Assembly (NCBI RefSeq): GCF_009914755.1
Contig: NC_060939.1
DNA: 64,000 nucleotides
Origin: the human T2T-CHM13v2.0 reference genome, Homo sapiens
Strand: one strand, 5' to 3'
This document shows positions 1-11,438 of this stretch, in pieces; positions within the stretch are counted from its first letter, which is position 1, and each line of letters begins with the position of its first letter. The notes below the pieces were generated by a model. That model made no database searches and was not told where the DNA came from. It saw nothing but the letters and a program-made list of their open reading frames with translations. A program made the translations under genes and the position numbers.

Positions 1-3000
1 TTGGTGGCTGGTCCACCTGCTCCTGGCACACCCTTGCAGAGGTGGCTGGTTGCTCTTTGAGCCAGCTTGGCCTTGCCCAGCATGCACAAGTCTCAGTGCA
101 ACAACTGTTCTACAAATGGAACCACACAGAGGACATTAGAGGCAGGCTCAGGAGCAGGGTGTACACTGCCTTTGGTGCTCCAGTCCATGGCTCAGGGCTC
201 ATATGTCACTGCGGGCTTCTTGGTTGCCAAGAGGCAGACCACAGGCTGTCTTGAGGAGGACTTTATGTTCGAGTATAGAAAGCAGCAGGATTACCACCCA
301 GGGGACTTGGCGTTCTGTGGCCCTGACCAGACTTAGAATTTGGGCCAAGGCAGGACAAGCTCACTCACAGCAGCATGTCAGTAGCTGGAGACTATGCATG
401 CCAGGCAAGGCCAAGCTGACTCAAATAGGAACCAGTCACCTCTGCAAGGGTGCACCTGGGACATGTGGAGCAGCCACCAACCTCAGCTACTCAAGGAAGT
501 AGGGATGGCCAAGTTCCCACAGCCTGAATGGCTGCCTCCTGATGGCTGATGGAGCAAAGGCCTGAGGAAAAGCGGATGGCACTGGGGCCCTACCTCTAGG
601 GTAGAAGAACTGATGTGCCCTGACCTGCAACAAGTGAGTTTGGTGGCTGCTCCACCGGCTCCTGGCACACGCTTGCAGAGGTGGCTGGTTGCTCTTTGAG
701 CCAGCTTGGCCTTGCCTGGCATACACAAGCCTCAGTGCAACATCTGTGCTAGGTATGGAGTCACAGAGAGGAAATGAGCAGCAGGCTCAGGAGCAGGGTG
801 TGCGCTGCCTTTGGGGCTCCAGTCCATGCCTCAGGGCTCGTGTGGCACTGCGGGCTTCTTCGTTGCAAAGAGGCAGACCACAGGCCATCCTGAGGAGGAC
901 TTGATATTCAAGTGCAGAAAGTAGGCAGGATTACCACCCAGGGGACTCTGCCCTGGACAGAGATAAAATTTGGGCCAAAGCAGAACAAGCTCACTCAGAG
1001 CAGCATGTCGGTAGCTGGGGCCTGTGTATGCCAGGCAAGGCCAAGCTGGCTCAAAGAGCAACCAGCCACCTCTGCAAGGGTGCACCTGGAGCAGGTGGAG
1101 CAGCCACCAACCTCACCCACTCAAGGAAGTAGGGATGGCCAGGTTCCCACAGCCTGCATGGCTGCATCCTGATGGCTGATGGAGCAGAGGCCTGAGGAAA
1201 AGCAGATGGCATTGGGGCTCTACCTCTTGGGTAGAAGAAGTGATGTACACCGACCAGCTGTGAGTGAGGTTGGTGGCTGGTCCACCTGCTCCTGGCACAC
1301 CCTTGCAGAGGTGGCTGGTTTCTCTTTGCGCCAGCTTGGCCTTGCCCAGCATGCACAAGCCTCAGTGCAACAGCTGTGCTACAAATGGAACCACACAGAG
1401 AAAACAGAGCAGCAGGCTCAGGAGCAGGGTGTGTGCTGCATTTGGGGCTCCAGTCAATGCCTCCGGGCTAGTATGGCTCTGTGGGCTTCTTGGTTGCAAA
1501 GAGGCAGACCACAGGCCATCTTCAGGAGGACTTTATGTTCAAGTGCAGAAAGCAGCCAGGATTACCACCCAGGGGACTCTGCCTTCTGTGGCCCTGACCG
1601 GACTTAGAATTTGGCCTAACTCAGGACAAGCACACTCAGAGCAGCGTGTCAGTAGCTGGAGCCTGTGCATGAAAGGCATGGCCAAGCTGTCTCAAAGAGC
1701 AACAAGCCACCTCTGCAAGGGTGCTCCAGGAGCAGGTGGAGCAGCCACCAACATCACCCACTCAAGGAAGCAGGGATGGCCAGATTCCAACAACCTGAGT
1801 GGCTGCCTCCTGATGGCTGATGGAGCAGAGGCCTGAGGAAAAGCAGATGGCACTGGGACCCTACATCTAGGGTAGAAGAAGTGATGTACCCTGACCGGCA
1901 GTGAGTGAGGTTGGTGGCTGGTCCATCTGCTCCTGGCATACCCTTGCAGAGGTGGCTGGTTACTCTTCGAGCCAGCTTGGCCTTGCCTGGCATGCACAAG
2001 CCTCAGTGCGACAACTGTGCTACATATGGAGCCACATAGAGGAAACGAGCAGCAGGCTCAGGAGCAGGGTGTGTGCTGCCTTTGGGGCTCCAGTCCATGC
2101 CTCAGGGCTCGTGTGGCACTGTGGGCTTCTTCGTTGCCAAGATGCAGACCACAGGCCATCTTGAGGAGGACTTTATGTTCAAATGCAGAAAGCAGCCAGT
2201 ATTACCACCCAGGGGCTCTGCCTTCTGTGGCCCTGGCCAGACTTAGAATTTGGCCCCAGGCAGGGCAAGCTCACTCAGAGCAGTGTATCAGTAGCTGGGG
2301 CCTGTGCATGCCAGGCAAGGCCAAGGTGGCTCGAAGAGCAACCAGCCACCTCTGCAAGGGTGCACCTGGAGCAGGTGGAGCAGCCACCAACCTCACCCAC
2401 TCAAGGAAGTAGGGATGGCCAGGTTCCCACAGCCTGCATGTCTGCGTCCTGATGGCTGATGGAAAAGCAGATGGCACTGGGGCTCTACCTCTTGGGTAGA
2501 AGAAGTGATGTACACCGACCGGCTGTGAGCGAGGTTGGTGGCTGGTCCACCTGCTCCTGGCACACCCTTGCAGAGGTGGCTGGTTTCTCTTTGCGCCAGC
2601 TTGGCCTTGCCCAGCATGCACAAGCCTCAGTACAACAACTGTGCTACAAATGGGGCCACACAGAGAAAACAGAGCAGCAGGCTCAGGAGCAGGGTGTGTG
2701 CTGCATTTGGGGCTCCAGTCAATGCCTCCGGGCTAGTATGGCTCTGTGGGCTTCTTGGTTGCAAAGAGGCAGACCACAGGCCATCTTGAGGAGGACTTTA
2801 TGTTCAAGTGCAGAAAGCAGCCAGGATTACCACCCAGGGGACTCTGCCTTCTGTGGCCCTGACCGGACTTAGAATTTTGCCTAATGCAGGACAAGCTCAC
2901 TCAGAGCAGCGTATCGGTAGCTGGAGCCTGTGCATGCCAGGCAAGGCCAAGCTGTCTCAAAGAGCAACCAGCCACCTCTGCAAGGGTGTGCCTGGAGCAG

Positions 3001-4403
3001 ATGTAGCAGCCATCAAACTGACCCACACAAGGAAGCATGGATGGCCAGGTTCCAACAGTCTGAGTGGCTGCCACCTGGAGACTGATGGAGCAGAGGCCTG
3101 AGGAAAAGCAGATGGCACTGGGGCCCGACCTCTATGGGAGAAGAACTGATGTGCCCCAACCGGCAGCGAGTGAGTTTAGTGTCTGCTCCACCGGCTCCTG
3201 GCACACCCTTGCAGAGGTGGCTGGTTCCTCTTTGAGCCAGCTTGGCTTCGCTCGGCATGCACAAGCCTCAGTGCAACAACTGTGCTACAAATGGAGCCAC
3301 AGAGAGGAAATGAGCAGCAGGCTCAGGAGCACGGTGTGCACTGCCTTTGGGGCTCCAGTCCATGCCTCAGGGCTCATATGGCACTGCGGGCTTCTTCATT
3401 GCCAAGGGGCAGACCACAGGTCGTCTGGAGGAGGACTTTGTGTTCAAATGCAGAAAGCAGCCAGCATTACCACCCAGGGGACTCTGCCTTCTGTGGACCT
3501 GACCAGACTTAGAATTTGGGCCAAGGCAGGACAAGCTCACTCAGAGGAGCATGTCAGTAGCTGGGGCCTCTGCATGTCAGGCAAGGCCAAGCTGGCTCAA
3601 AGAGCAACCAGCCACCTTTGCAGGGGTGCACCGGGAGCAGGTAGAGCAGCCACCAACCTCTGCTACTCAAGGAAGCAAGGATAGGCAGGTTCCCACAGCC
3701 TGTGTGGCTGCCACCTGATGGCTGATGGAGCAGAGGCCTCAGAAAAAGCAGATGGCACTGGGGCCCTACCTCTAGGGTAGAAGAACTGATGTGCCATGTC
3801 TGGCAGGCAGTGAGTGAGGTTGGTGGCTGGTCTACCTGCTCCTGGCACACCCTTGCAGAAGTGGCTGGTTCCTCTTTGAGCCAGCTTGTCCTTGCCCAGC
3901 ATGCACAAGCCTCAGTACAACAACTGTGCTACAAATGGAGCCACACAGAGGAAATGAGCAGCAGGCTCAGGAGCAGGGTGTTCACTGCCTTTGGGGCTCT
4001 AGTCCATGCCTCCGAGCTTATATGGCACTGCAGGCTTCTTGGTTGCCAAGAGGCAGACCACAGGCCGTCTTGAGGAGGACTTTATGTTCAAGTGCAGAAA
4101 AAAGTCAGGATTACCACCCAGGGGACTTGCCCTTCTGTGGCCCTGGCCAGACTTAGAATTTGGCCCCAGGCAGGACAAGCTCACTCAGAGCAGCGTGTCA
4201 GTAGCTGGGGCCTGTGCATGCCAGGCAAGGCCAAGCTGGCTCAAAGAGCAAGCAGCCACCTCTGCAAGCATGCTCCTGGTGCAGTTGGACCAGCCTTTAA
4301 TCTCACCCACTCAAAGAAGCATGGATGGCCAGGTTCCAACAGCCTGAATGGCTGCCACCTGATGGCTGATGGAGCAGAGTCCTGAGGAAAAGCAGATGGC
4401 ACT
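1..4403. repeat. ~640-bp tandem macrosatellite (about 7 units visible, continues off the left edge), each unit with an internal ~106-bp inverted repeat
   Basis: Anchor CTTGGCCTTGCC (or a close variant) recurs at 66, 705, 1335, 1976, 2600, 3241 and 3885 (spacings 624-644). The array stops abruptly at ...GCAGATGGCACTG (4403), where L1 sequence begins. Confidence 0.95.
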
Positions 4404-4405
4404 GC

Positions 4406-4481
4406 TTTGTAATGCCCTTTGTCTCTTTTGATCTTTTCCATTTAAAGTCTGTTTTATCGGAGACTAGGATTGCAACCCCTG

Positions 4482-4517
<36 letters not shown>

Positions 4518-4868
4518 TTTCATTTGCTTGGTAAATATTCCTCCGTCCCTTTATTTTGAGCCTGTGTGTGTCTTTGCATGTGAGATGGGTCTCCTGAATA
4601 CAGCACACCAATGGGTCTTGAGTCTTTTTCCAACTTGCCAGTCTGTGTCTTTTTACTGGGGCATTTAGCCCAGTTACATTTAAGGTTAATATTGTTACAT
4701 GTGAAATTTATCCTGTCATGATGTTGTTAGCTGTTTATTTTTCCCATTAGTTAATGCAGTTTCTTTATAGTGTCGATGGTCGTTACAATTTGGTATGTTT
4801 TCCCAGTGGCTCATACTGTTTGTCCCTTTCCATGTTTAGTGCTTCCTTCAGGAGCTCTTGTAAGGCAA
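4406..4868 (-). mobile_element. L1PA fragment (end of ORF1, inter-ORF spacer, start of the ORF2 endonuclease) with an expanded internal poly-T
   Basis: Minus-strand translation CCIQETHLTCKDTHRLKIKG...AGVAILVSDKTDFK is L1 ORF2 endonuclease; T32 run at 4483-4514. Confidence 0.9.
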
Positions 4869-5046
4869 GAATGTGGATTTATTTCTTGTAAGGCAAATAT
4901 GTGGATTTATATCTGGGTGCTGTATTCTATGGCCTCTACCCCAAGAGTCATTACTTTTAAAAATGCAATTCAAATTAGCATAAAACATTTACAGCCTAGG
5001 GAAAGGCTTATGGCATTAGAATCCTTATTTATAGGATTATTTTGTG

Positions 5047-5338
5047 TTTTTTTGAGATATGGTCTCTGTCTGTCATCCAGGCAGAAGTGGAGTGGCTTGG
5101 TCATAATTCACTGCAGCCATGAACTCTGAGTCCAAGCCATCCTTGTGCCTTAGTCTCCCAACTAGTTGGATCTACAAGCATAAGTCACCATGCCTGGTTA
5201 ATTTTAAATAAAATTTTTTGTCGAGATTATGTTATCACTATGTTGCTCTGGCTGGTTTCAAATTCCTGGCCTCAAGTAATCTTTCTGCCACAGCCTCCTA
5301 TAGTGCTGGGATTACAGGCATGAGCCACCATGCCTAGC
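5047..5338 (-). mobile_element. Old Alu (AluJ-like)
   Basis: Reverse-oriented dimeric Alu ending ...GTGCTGGGATTACAGGCATGAGCCACCATGCCTAGC. Confidence 0.85.
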
Positions 5339-5777
5339 ATAGAGTATTACATTATTTTCAAAGTCTTATTCTAAGAGCCATTTATTGACTTTGGCCTAAA
5401 TAACTCAATATTATATCTCTGAAACTTTTTTTGACAAATTTTGGGGCACGATGATGAGAGAAAGGGGTTTGAAACTTTCTAATAAGAGTTAACATAGAGC
5501 CATTTAAGGAGGAAAAAACACAAATTATCAGAAAAGTAAAAGAAAGATCAAGTGCAAAAGTTCTGTGGCAAAGATGATAGTAAAGAATATATGTGACTTA
5601 TGGTGGCTTTTACTTTGTTCTTGAATTTCTGAGTAATTTAAGGGTTAACATTTAAAGAATCTACATTATAGATAACATTTTATTGCAAGTAAATGTATTT
5701 CAAAATTTGTTACTGGTTTTGTATGAGATTATTCTCAGCCTACTTCATTTTCAAGTTATATTATTTTATTAATGTAG

Positions 5778-6064
5778 TTTGATGATCTTACAGCAGAGCT
5801 GGAAGCTGTATCTTCAAAATATGTCTGTTTGACTCAAAACAATCAAGGTATTCAACAGGAGTTATTATGTATGAAAAAATACAACAGGAATGTAAAAATC
5901 TTGAGGAGGCTAAAAAGATGTTGGAAAAAGTAATATTAAATCTTAAAAAACGTATGGAAAGTACACATTGGTGAAGACACATTGGTGAAGTACAAAAATA
6001 TAAATTGGATCTAGAAGAAAGGGCAATGCAGGCAATGGAAAAATTAGTACAAATCCCTTTACAG
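5778..6064 (+). pseudogene. Disrupted coiled-coil exon of the ANKRD26/ANKRD18/ANKRD20A family
   Basis: AG acceptor 5776-5777 and GT donor 6065-6066. Reads FDDLTAELEAVSSKYVCLTQNNQGIQQELLCMKK / (frameshift) QQECKNLEEAKKMLEKVILNLKKRME / HIGEVQKYKLDLEERAMQAMEKLVQIPLQ, resembling the ANKRD18A/ANKRD26 C-terminal coiled coil as recalled. Also carries a 14-bp tandem duplication at 5963-5990. Confidence 0.8.
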
Positions 6065-6299
6065 GTTAGTTTGTAAAATCAGGTAAGTTTATTTATAATG
6101 TGCTTTCACTTATTTCACTGCAATGGCTCTCTTATAGTAATTTGCCTTGTAGAGTTCTAGCAAAGAGGTGGCATCTGTTTTTACTTTTATATGTTTAAAT
6201 TTCTATCATTATAACAAAATCGATTTTTCACAGTAATGATTCTCAGTGTGGAGTCATTTGATTATTAAGACCCATTGACATGAGATTACATCCTCTGCC

Positions 6300-6757
6300 T
6301 ATAAAAATCCTGGAAGAAAACCTAGGAAATATTCACCTGGACATTGCACTTGGCAATGAATTTATGGGTAAGTCCTCAAAAGCAATTGCCAGAAAAATAA
6401 AAATTGACAAGTATGATTTAATTAAACTAAAGAGCTTCTTCTGCACAGCATGAGAAACTCTCAAGGGATTGAACAGACAGCCTACCGAGTGGAAGAAAAT
6501 ATTCACACACTATGCATACAGCAAAGGCCTATTATCCAGAAGCCATAAGAGACTTAGGCAAATCAACGAGCAAAAAATAAATAACCCCATTAAAAAATGG
6601 GCAAAGAACGTGAACAGTTTTCAGAAGAACACATATGTGGCCAACAAACATATTAACACATGCATACCATCACTAATCATCAGAGAAATGCAAAACAAAA
6701 CATCAGTGAAATACCATCTCACACCAGTTAGAATGACTTCTGTTAAAAAGGAAAAGT
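6300..6757 (+). mobile_element. L1 ORF2 3' fragment
   Basis: ORF 6469-6759 NRQPTEWKKIF...NNPIKKWAK...REMQNKTSVKYHLTPVRM is typical of the L1 ORF2 C-terminal region. Confidence 0.9.
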
Positions 6758-6909
6758 AATAAAAATATTTAAATATTTAATATTAAAATGTCATTTAGAT
6801 TGAGATAAATTAACTTGTCATTATCATTAATTCTCAAAACATGGATATTTAAGAATAACCTTACTTCACATGTAATAACACAACAACTACCTTAAAAACT
6901 AAAAGCTGG

Positions 6910-7232
6910 GGCCTGGCACGGTGTCTCAAGTCTGTAATCCCAGCACTTTGGGAAGCTGAGGTGGGCCGATCATGAGGCCAGGAGTTTGAGACAAGCCTGG
7001 CCAACATGGTGAAACCCCGTCTCTACTAAAAATACAAAAATTAGCTGGGCATGGTGGTGGGCACCTGTAATCCCAGCTACTCAGGAGGCTGAGGCAGGAG
7101 AATCATTGGAACCTGGGAGGCGGAGGTGGTTGCAGTGAGCTGAGATCACACCATTGCACTGCAGCCTGGGCAACAGGGCGAGACTCCATCTCAAAAAAAA
7201 TAAATAAAATTAAATGAATACAAACAAATAAA
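6910..7232 (+). mobile_element. AluS with target-site duplication
   Basis: Full dimer with A-rich tail; TAAAAGCTGG at 6900-6909 and 7233-7242. Confidence 0.92.
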
Positions 7233-7299
7233 TAAAAGCTGGAAGTTCTATGAAAACATTAATGCACATACCATTTTTTAAAAATGTTCATGGTTTCTC

Positions 7300-8500
7300 T
7301 AGAGATTTCAATACCTATTCTAGCTTATTACAGTAACCTATAATTTGTACTATACCAACTATGGTATAAAAACCTTAAAATGTATATTTCTGTTTCCTCT
7401 CTCCTTTATACTATTTATGTCATGCATTATAGTCTCAAATATTATGAATTCCATAATATAAAGTTACTCTTTTTTTAAAAAATTAGACAATCAATTATCT
7501 TTAGAGCAATGTAAAATAATTGGGTTATATATCTTTATATCTTCTCTGGCATTATTTATTTCTTTGTGTAGTTTCAACTTTCACCTGCTTCCATATTCCT
7601 TTTGCCTCAAGAAATGATTTTGACATTTATTTTAGTGCATACCTGTTAGCAAGGGACTCTTCCAGTGTTAATCTGCAAATGTCATTTAATTGTTATTTTT
7701 GCTGTATTACAGTTAATGGATATAAGATTGGGGGTTGACTTTTCTTCAGTTATTTAAGAATTTTGTATCATTGGTTTCTGACTTGTAGAGTTACTGACAA
7801 GCAGTTCATTACAATGTTTGTTTCTGTTTATCTCTCTACACAGTGTTCTTATTTTTTCTGTGACTGAATTCAAGATTTATGCTAATCGTTGGTTTTCAGC
7901 AGTTTCACTAGTGTGATTATTCTAGCGTTCTTTAAATTTTGTATTAATCTTTCTTGTATATTTTGAGGTTATTTGGTCTCCTCAGTCATCTTTTTCAAAT
8001 TTTTCTTCTCTCACATTCTGTTTTTACTCTCCTTCTGTAATTCCAATTAATTGTATTTTGGTTAATTTCATATTACCAGAAAATTCTTTGATTCACTGGA
8101 GTATTTTATTTGCTTGGTTCATTGGTTTATTTGGTTTTTCTCTTTCCTCCCTTTGTGCTACCATTCAAATGATTTGTATTGACCTAGTATAAAATTTACT
8201 GCTTCTTTCTTTAACTCTGATGACCAGTCTGCTAATCAGCTTGCTGATGTAATACTTCATCTCTGTTCTCATGCTTTCACTTATTTCTAGATTTTGCCTT
8301 TTACTGTTCCCATCTTTGCTGAAATTCCTCATTTTTCCATACATGTTGTCTTTTTTTAACTAGATCCTTTAACATTTTGATCATTATTATTTTAAATTAC
8401 TTTCATTTAGTTCCAACATCTGAATTATCTCTGAATTTGATTCTGTTGACTTTTTATCCTTTGAAAATATTATAACTCATAACTCAAATTTCTAACTTGC
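7300..8500 (-). mobile_element. Highly degraded L1M-type sequence
   Basis: T-rich stretch with phrases resembling antisense L1 ORF1; boundaries approximate. Confidence 0.4.
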
Positions 8501-10697
8501 TTTTATGTGTCTCCCAATTTCTAAAAAATGCAAATCATCTGATGTAGAAAAACAGTAGATCATGAGATAATTATTTATGTCGAGATTGTTTTATATTTCT
8601 GTTTCATTTTTGTTTGTGTCATGCTATTAGTGTGGGCAGGAACAAAGGTTGCTTTTTGCTGCGGTGTCTGAAACATTCAGTGAACAATGTAACTCAGATT
8701 TCTCCAGCAGTAGACTGCTATATGATGTGCCTTGTGTGGGGCCTTAGACTCTGGAGAGCATATGCCAATGATCCTGTTCCACAGTTAGCTTTCGGTAGTC
8801 CTTACAACCTATGTTATAGAGAGGGTCTCTCTCCACTTTCTTGTTCTTCTCTAACTGTAGAACATCATTTTGTGTGTGTGTGTGTGACTAGGCAAAAAAT
8901 TCAGGTTGGGGACAGAGGGATGTTTTGTGTTGTTTTTGAGCCAGTTTCATCATTGGACACTCAGAGATGGGGTATTTTTAACACTTCTTGACTCTTTTTC
9001 TAGTGGGAGTCAAACTGTCACTTACCTGTGTTGTTTTTTGCAGAAGAAATAATACCTTACCCTCCTCCCACCTCAGTAGTAGAAAACCCCTGATTTATAT
9101 CATTGCAAGTTTTCAACCCCACAATAAGGGCAAACTCTTTTATTTCTCCTTCCATAGGAACAATGTACCTTTGTCTGTGGTCACTGGATGGAGACTTTCC
9201 AAACCTTTACCACAGTAGCACGACTCTGCATTAGTGCAAAATCCTGGGCCCCAAAACAATCCTTGTTCCTCTCCTGATGGAGGAGTATTTTTCTTGCATC
9301 CCTCTCCCAGAAGCAGTGATCCTTTGCCTGGTGTCAGGTGGGGTAGGGTAGGGTATGAGAGGTTTCTTAACCTTCTCTGGAAGCTGATGTGTTTTGCTTC
9401 TTCTTATCTCCCAGAAACAGTAGACTTTTGCATGGGTTCATGGACCCAGATGCTTTTTTGCCACAGCAAATTAAGGGTTTTGATTCTTAGGAGAGAAGCA
9501 AATGTTCACGTAGTCAATTTTTTTCTTATTTATTTTTTGCTTTGTTTTCTTATTTCAGTAATGATGAGTTCAATATGATCATTATTTTCCACTTACACTG
9601 CTTGCAACTCTAATATTTTGTTTTTGTTAGTCCCCCTTTGACAGTTCAGCACTAAATCAAATGCAGATAATCATCAGTTGTGTGAATAAAGTGTTTTTAA
9701 TTGAGAACAAAATTATTGATATAGACACAAATTTGGATATTATCCTACTTAGCACAATATGTCGCTGGTTCAAAATGTAAAAACCTCTTTAGGCTGAGCA
9801 AATAATGGTTCTTGGAACTATTGTCCCATTTTGACAAATAAAACCCAATGCTTTTTATCTCATGGATAGATTATTAAAATAACTACATACCTGATCTTCA
9901 TTTTATGTTCTCTCTCTTCAAGATATTCCTTCAAAACCACTTTGACTGATTAGTCTCTTTTGAATTATGTTAGACTCTGTATTTTCTCCACAAGCTCATC
10001 AGTGTAAATCCTGCCTTTACATTTTTTATAAAAATTCTCTTTTTTTTTCAAATCTTAGTTGAGCTGAAAGATTTCCACCAAATGTCTCCTATGCCACAAA
10101 GCCTTATTTTACTTATCTCCCCTGTCCTCCTTGCTCAAGCTCATTTAGGAATATTTTAATTAAAACATTCATGCAATACTGTTTTTTAAAAAATCTGAAC
10201 ATATAGTATTTTCAATCTGAATACAAAATAGTGCTCTAATTTGAAAACAAGTTTTAGAAACAAATGTTTCTAGAAGGAGAATCAACAGTGTCATAAATAT
10301 CATAATCCAATTTTCCTGTTTGTACTAAAACATTAGCAAATATTTATTGAGGAATTGCCATCTGCCTGAAAGTATAATGCTTTTGATGCACATTATATCA
10401 TAAAAACTAGGTACTATTATTAGTAGTATCTTAAGAGTATAAATATCGAGTCTTAGAGATGTTAAGCAACGTGCCCAAATAGCATGGGGAAAGTTGGAAT
10501 TCTGAAATTCTGACTATGCTGTGCGTAGGATAGGAGAATCAAGGCTTGTCAAATGTAACTGTTAAGTCATTGTGGGGATACGGAGGCCTCTGATTGCTAG
10601 GGTCAATACACTTAAGCAGATCATGTCACTACTTAGTTAAATCTATTTCATTAAAGCAAAATTCCATAAAGATTATTGCCACCAAAACTATTAATTT

Positions 10698-10822
10698 TCC
10701 TTCCTTCCTTTCTCTCTTTATCTTTCTTTCTTTCTTTCTTTTCTTTCTTTCTTTCTTTCTTTCTTTTCTTTCTTGTCTTTCTTGTCTTTCTTGTCTTTCT
10801 TGTCTTTCTTTCTGTCTTTCTT
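10698..10822. repeat. (CTTT)n / (CTTTCTTGT)n microsatellite derived from an Alu tail
   Basis: Directly visible; abuts the reverse Alu at 10823. Confidence 0.9.
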
Positions 10823-11111
10823 TGAGACAGGGTCTCAGTCTGTTGCCCAAGCTGGAGTGCAGTGGCACAATCATGGCTCACTGCAGCCCCAGCTTCCCCA
10901 GGCTCCGGTGATCCTCCCACCTCATCCTCCTGAGTAGCTGGGACTACAGGCAGGCAAGCCACTACGCCTGGCTAAAATTTTTTTTTTTTTTTGGTAAAGA
11001 TTGGGTTTCACCATGTTGCCGAGCCTGGTCTGCAACTACTCAGCTCAAGCAATCCACCTGCCTTTGCCTCCCAAAGTATTGGGATTCCAGATGTAAGCCA
11101 CATGCCTGGCC
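10823..11111 (-). mobile_element. AluJ-like element
   Basis: GAGACAGGGTCTC...GCTGGAGTGCAGTGGCACAATCATGGCTCACTGCAGC...GCCACATGCCTGGCC. Confidence 0.9.
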
Positions 11112-11438
11112 AAAAATATTATTTAACAAGTTCAATTTAACTATTAGATTTTGGACAATGAGGGATAGAATTTTCTACATCATAAATCATCTTGTGTTCT
11201 TTATTTAAAGTAATATGTAAGGATTTCAATTCAATTCAAATATATTTATTAGGAAATTAAATGTCTTTTTCAGGATTCCAAACTTTTGTTGAAGACATAA
11301 ATGTTAAATGATGTCACTAATTTTAATTAGATTAACAGAAAGGTATTCTGGTGTTTAATAACAGTGACAGAATGGGCTATTAATTTTATTTTCTTTCCCT
11401 TTCTCCCTTTCCCCTTTTTAAAATATTTTACTTTTTAG

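Noticed and set aside
42-4385. Many 70-200 aa ORFs on both strands, repeated unit to unit
   Set aside because: They follow from the GC-rich repeat and its internal palindrome. Frames and stops differ between units and no domain is recognisable.
1-4403. CRISPR-like repeat-spacer array or SNORD115/116-like snoRNA array
   Set aside because: The DNA is primate, and the spacers are themselves repeated rather than unique. TGATG/CTGA motifs do not form canonical RTGATGA...CTGA boxes with terminal stems.
4303-4611. Poly-lysine ORF
   Set aside because: L1 ORF2 endonuclease fragment with an expanded A-run.
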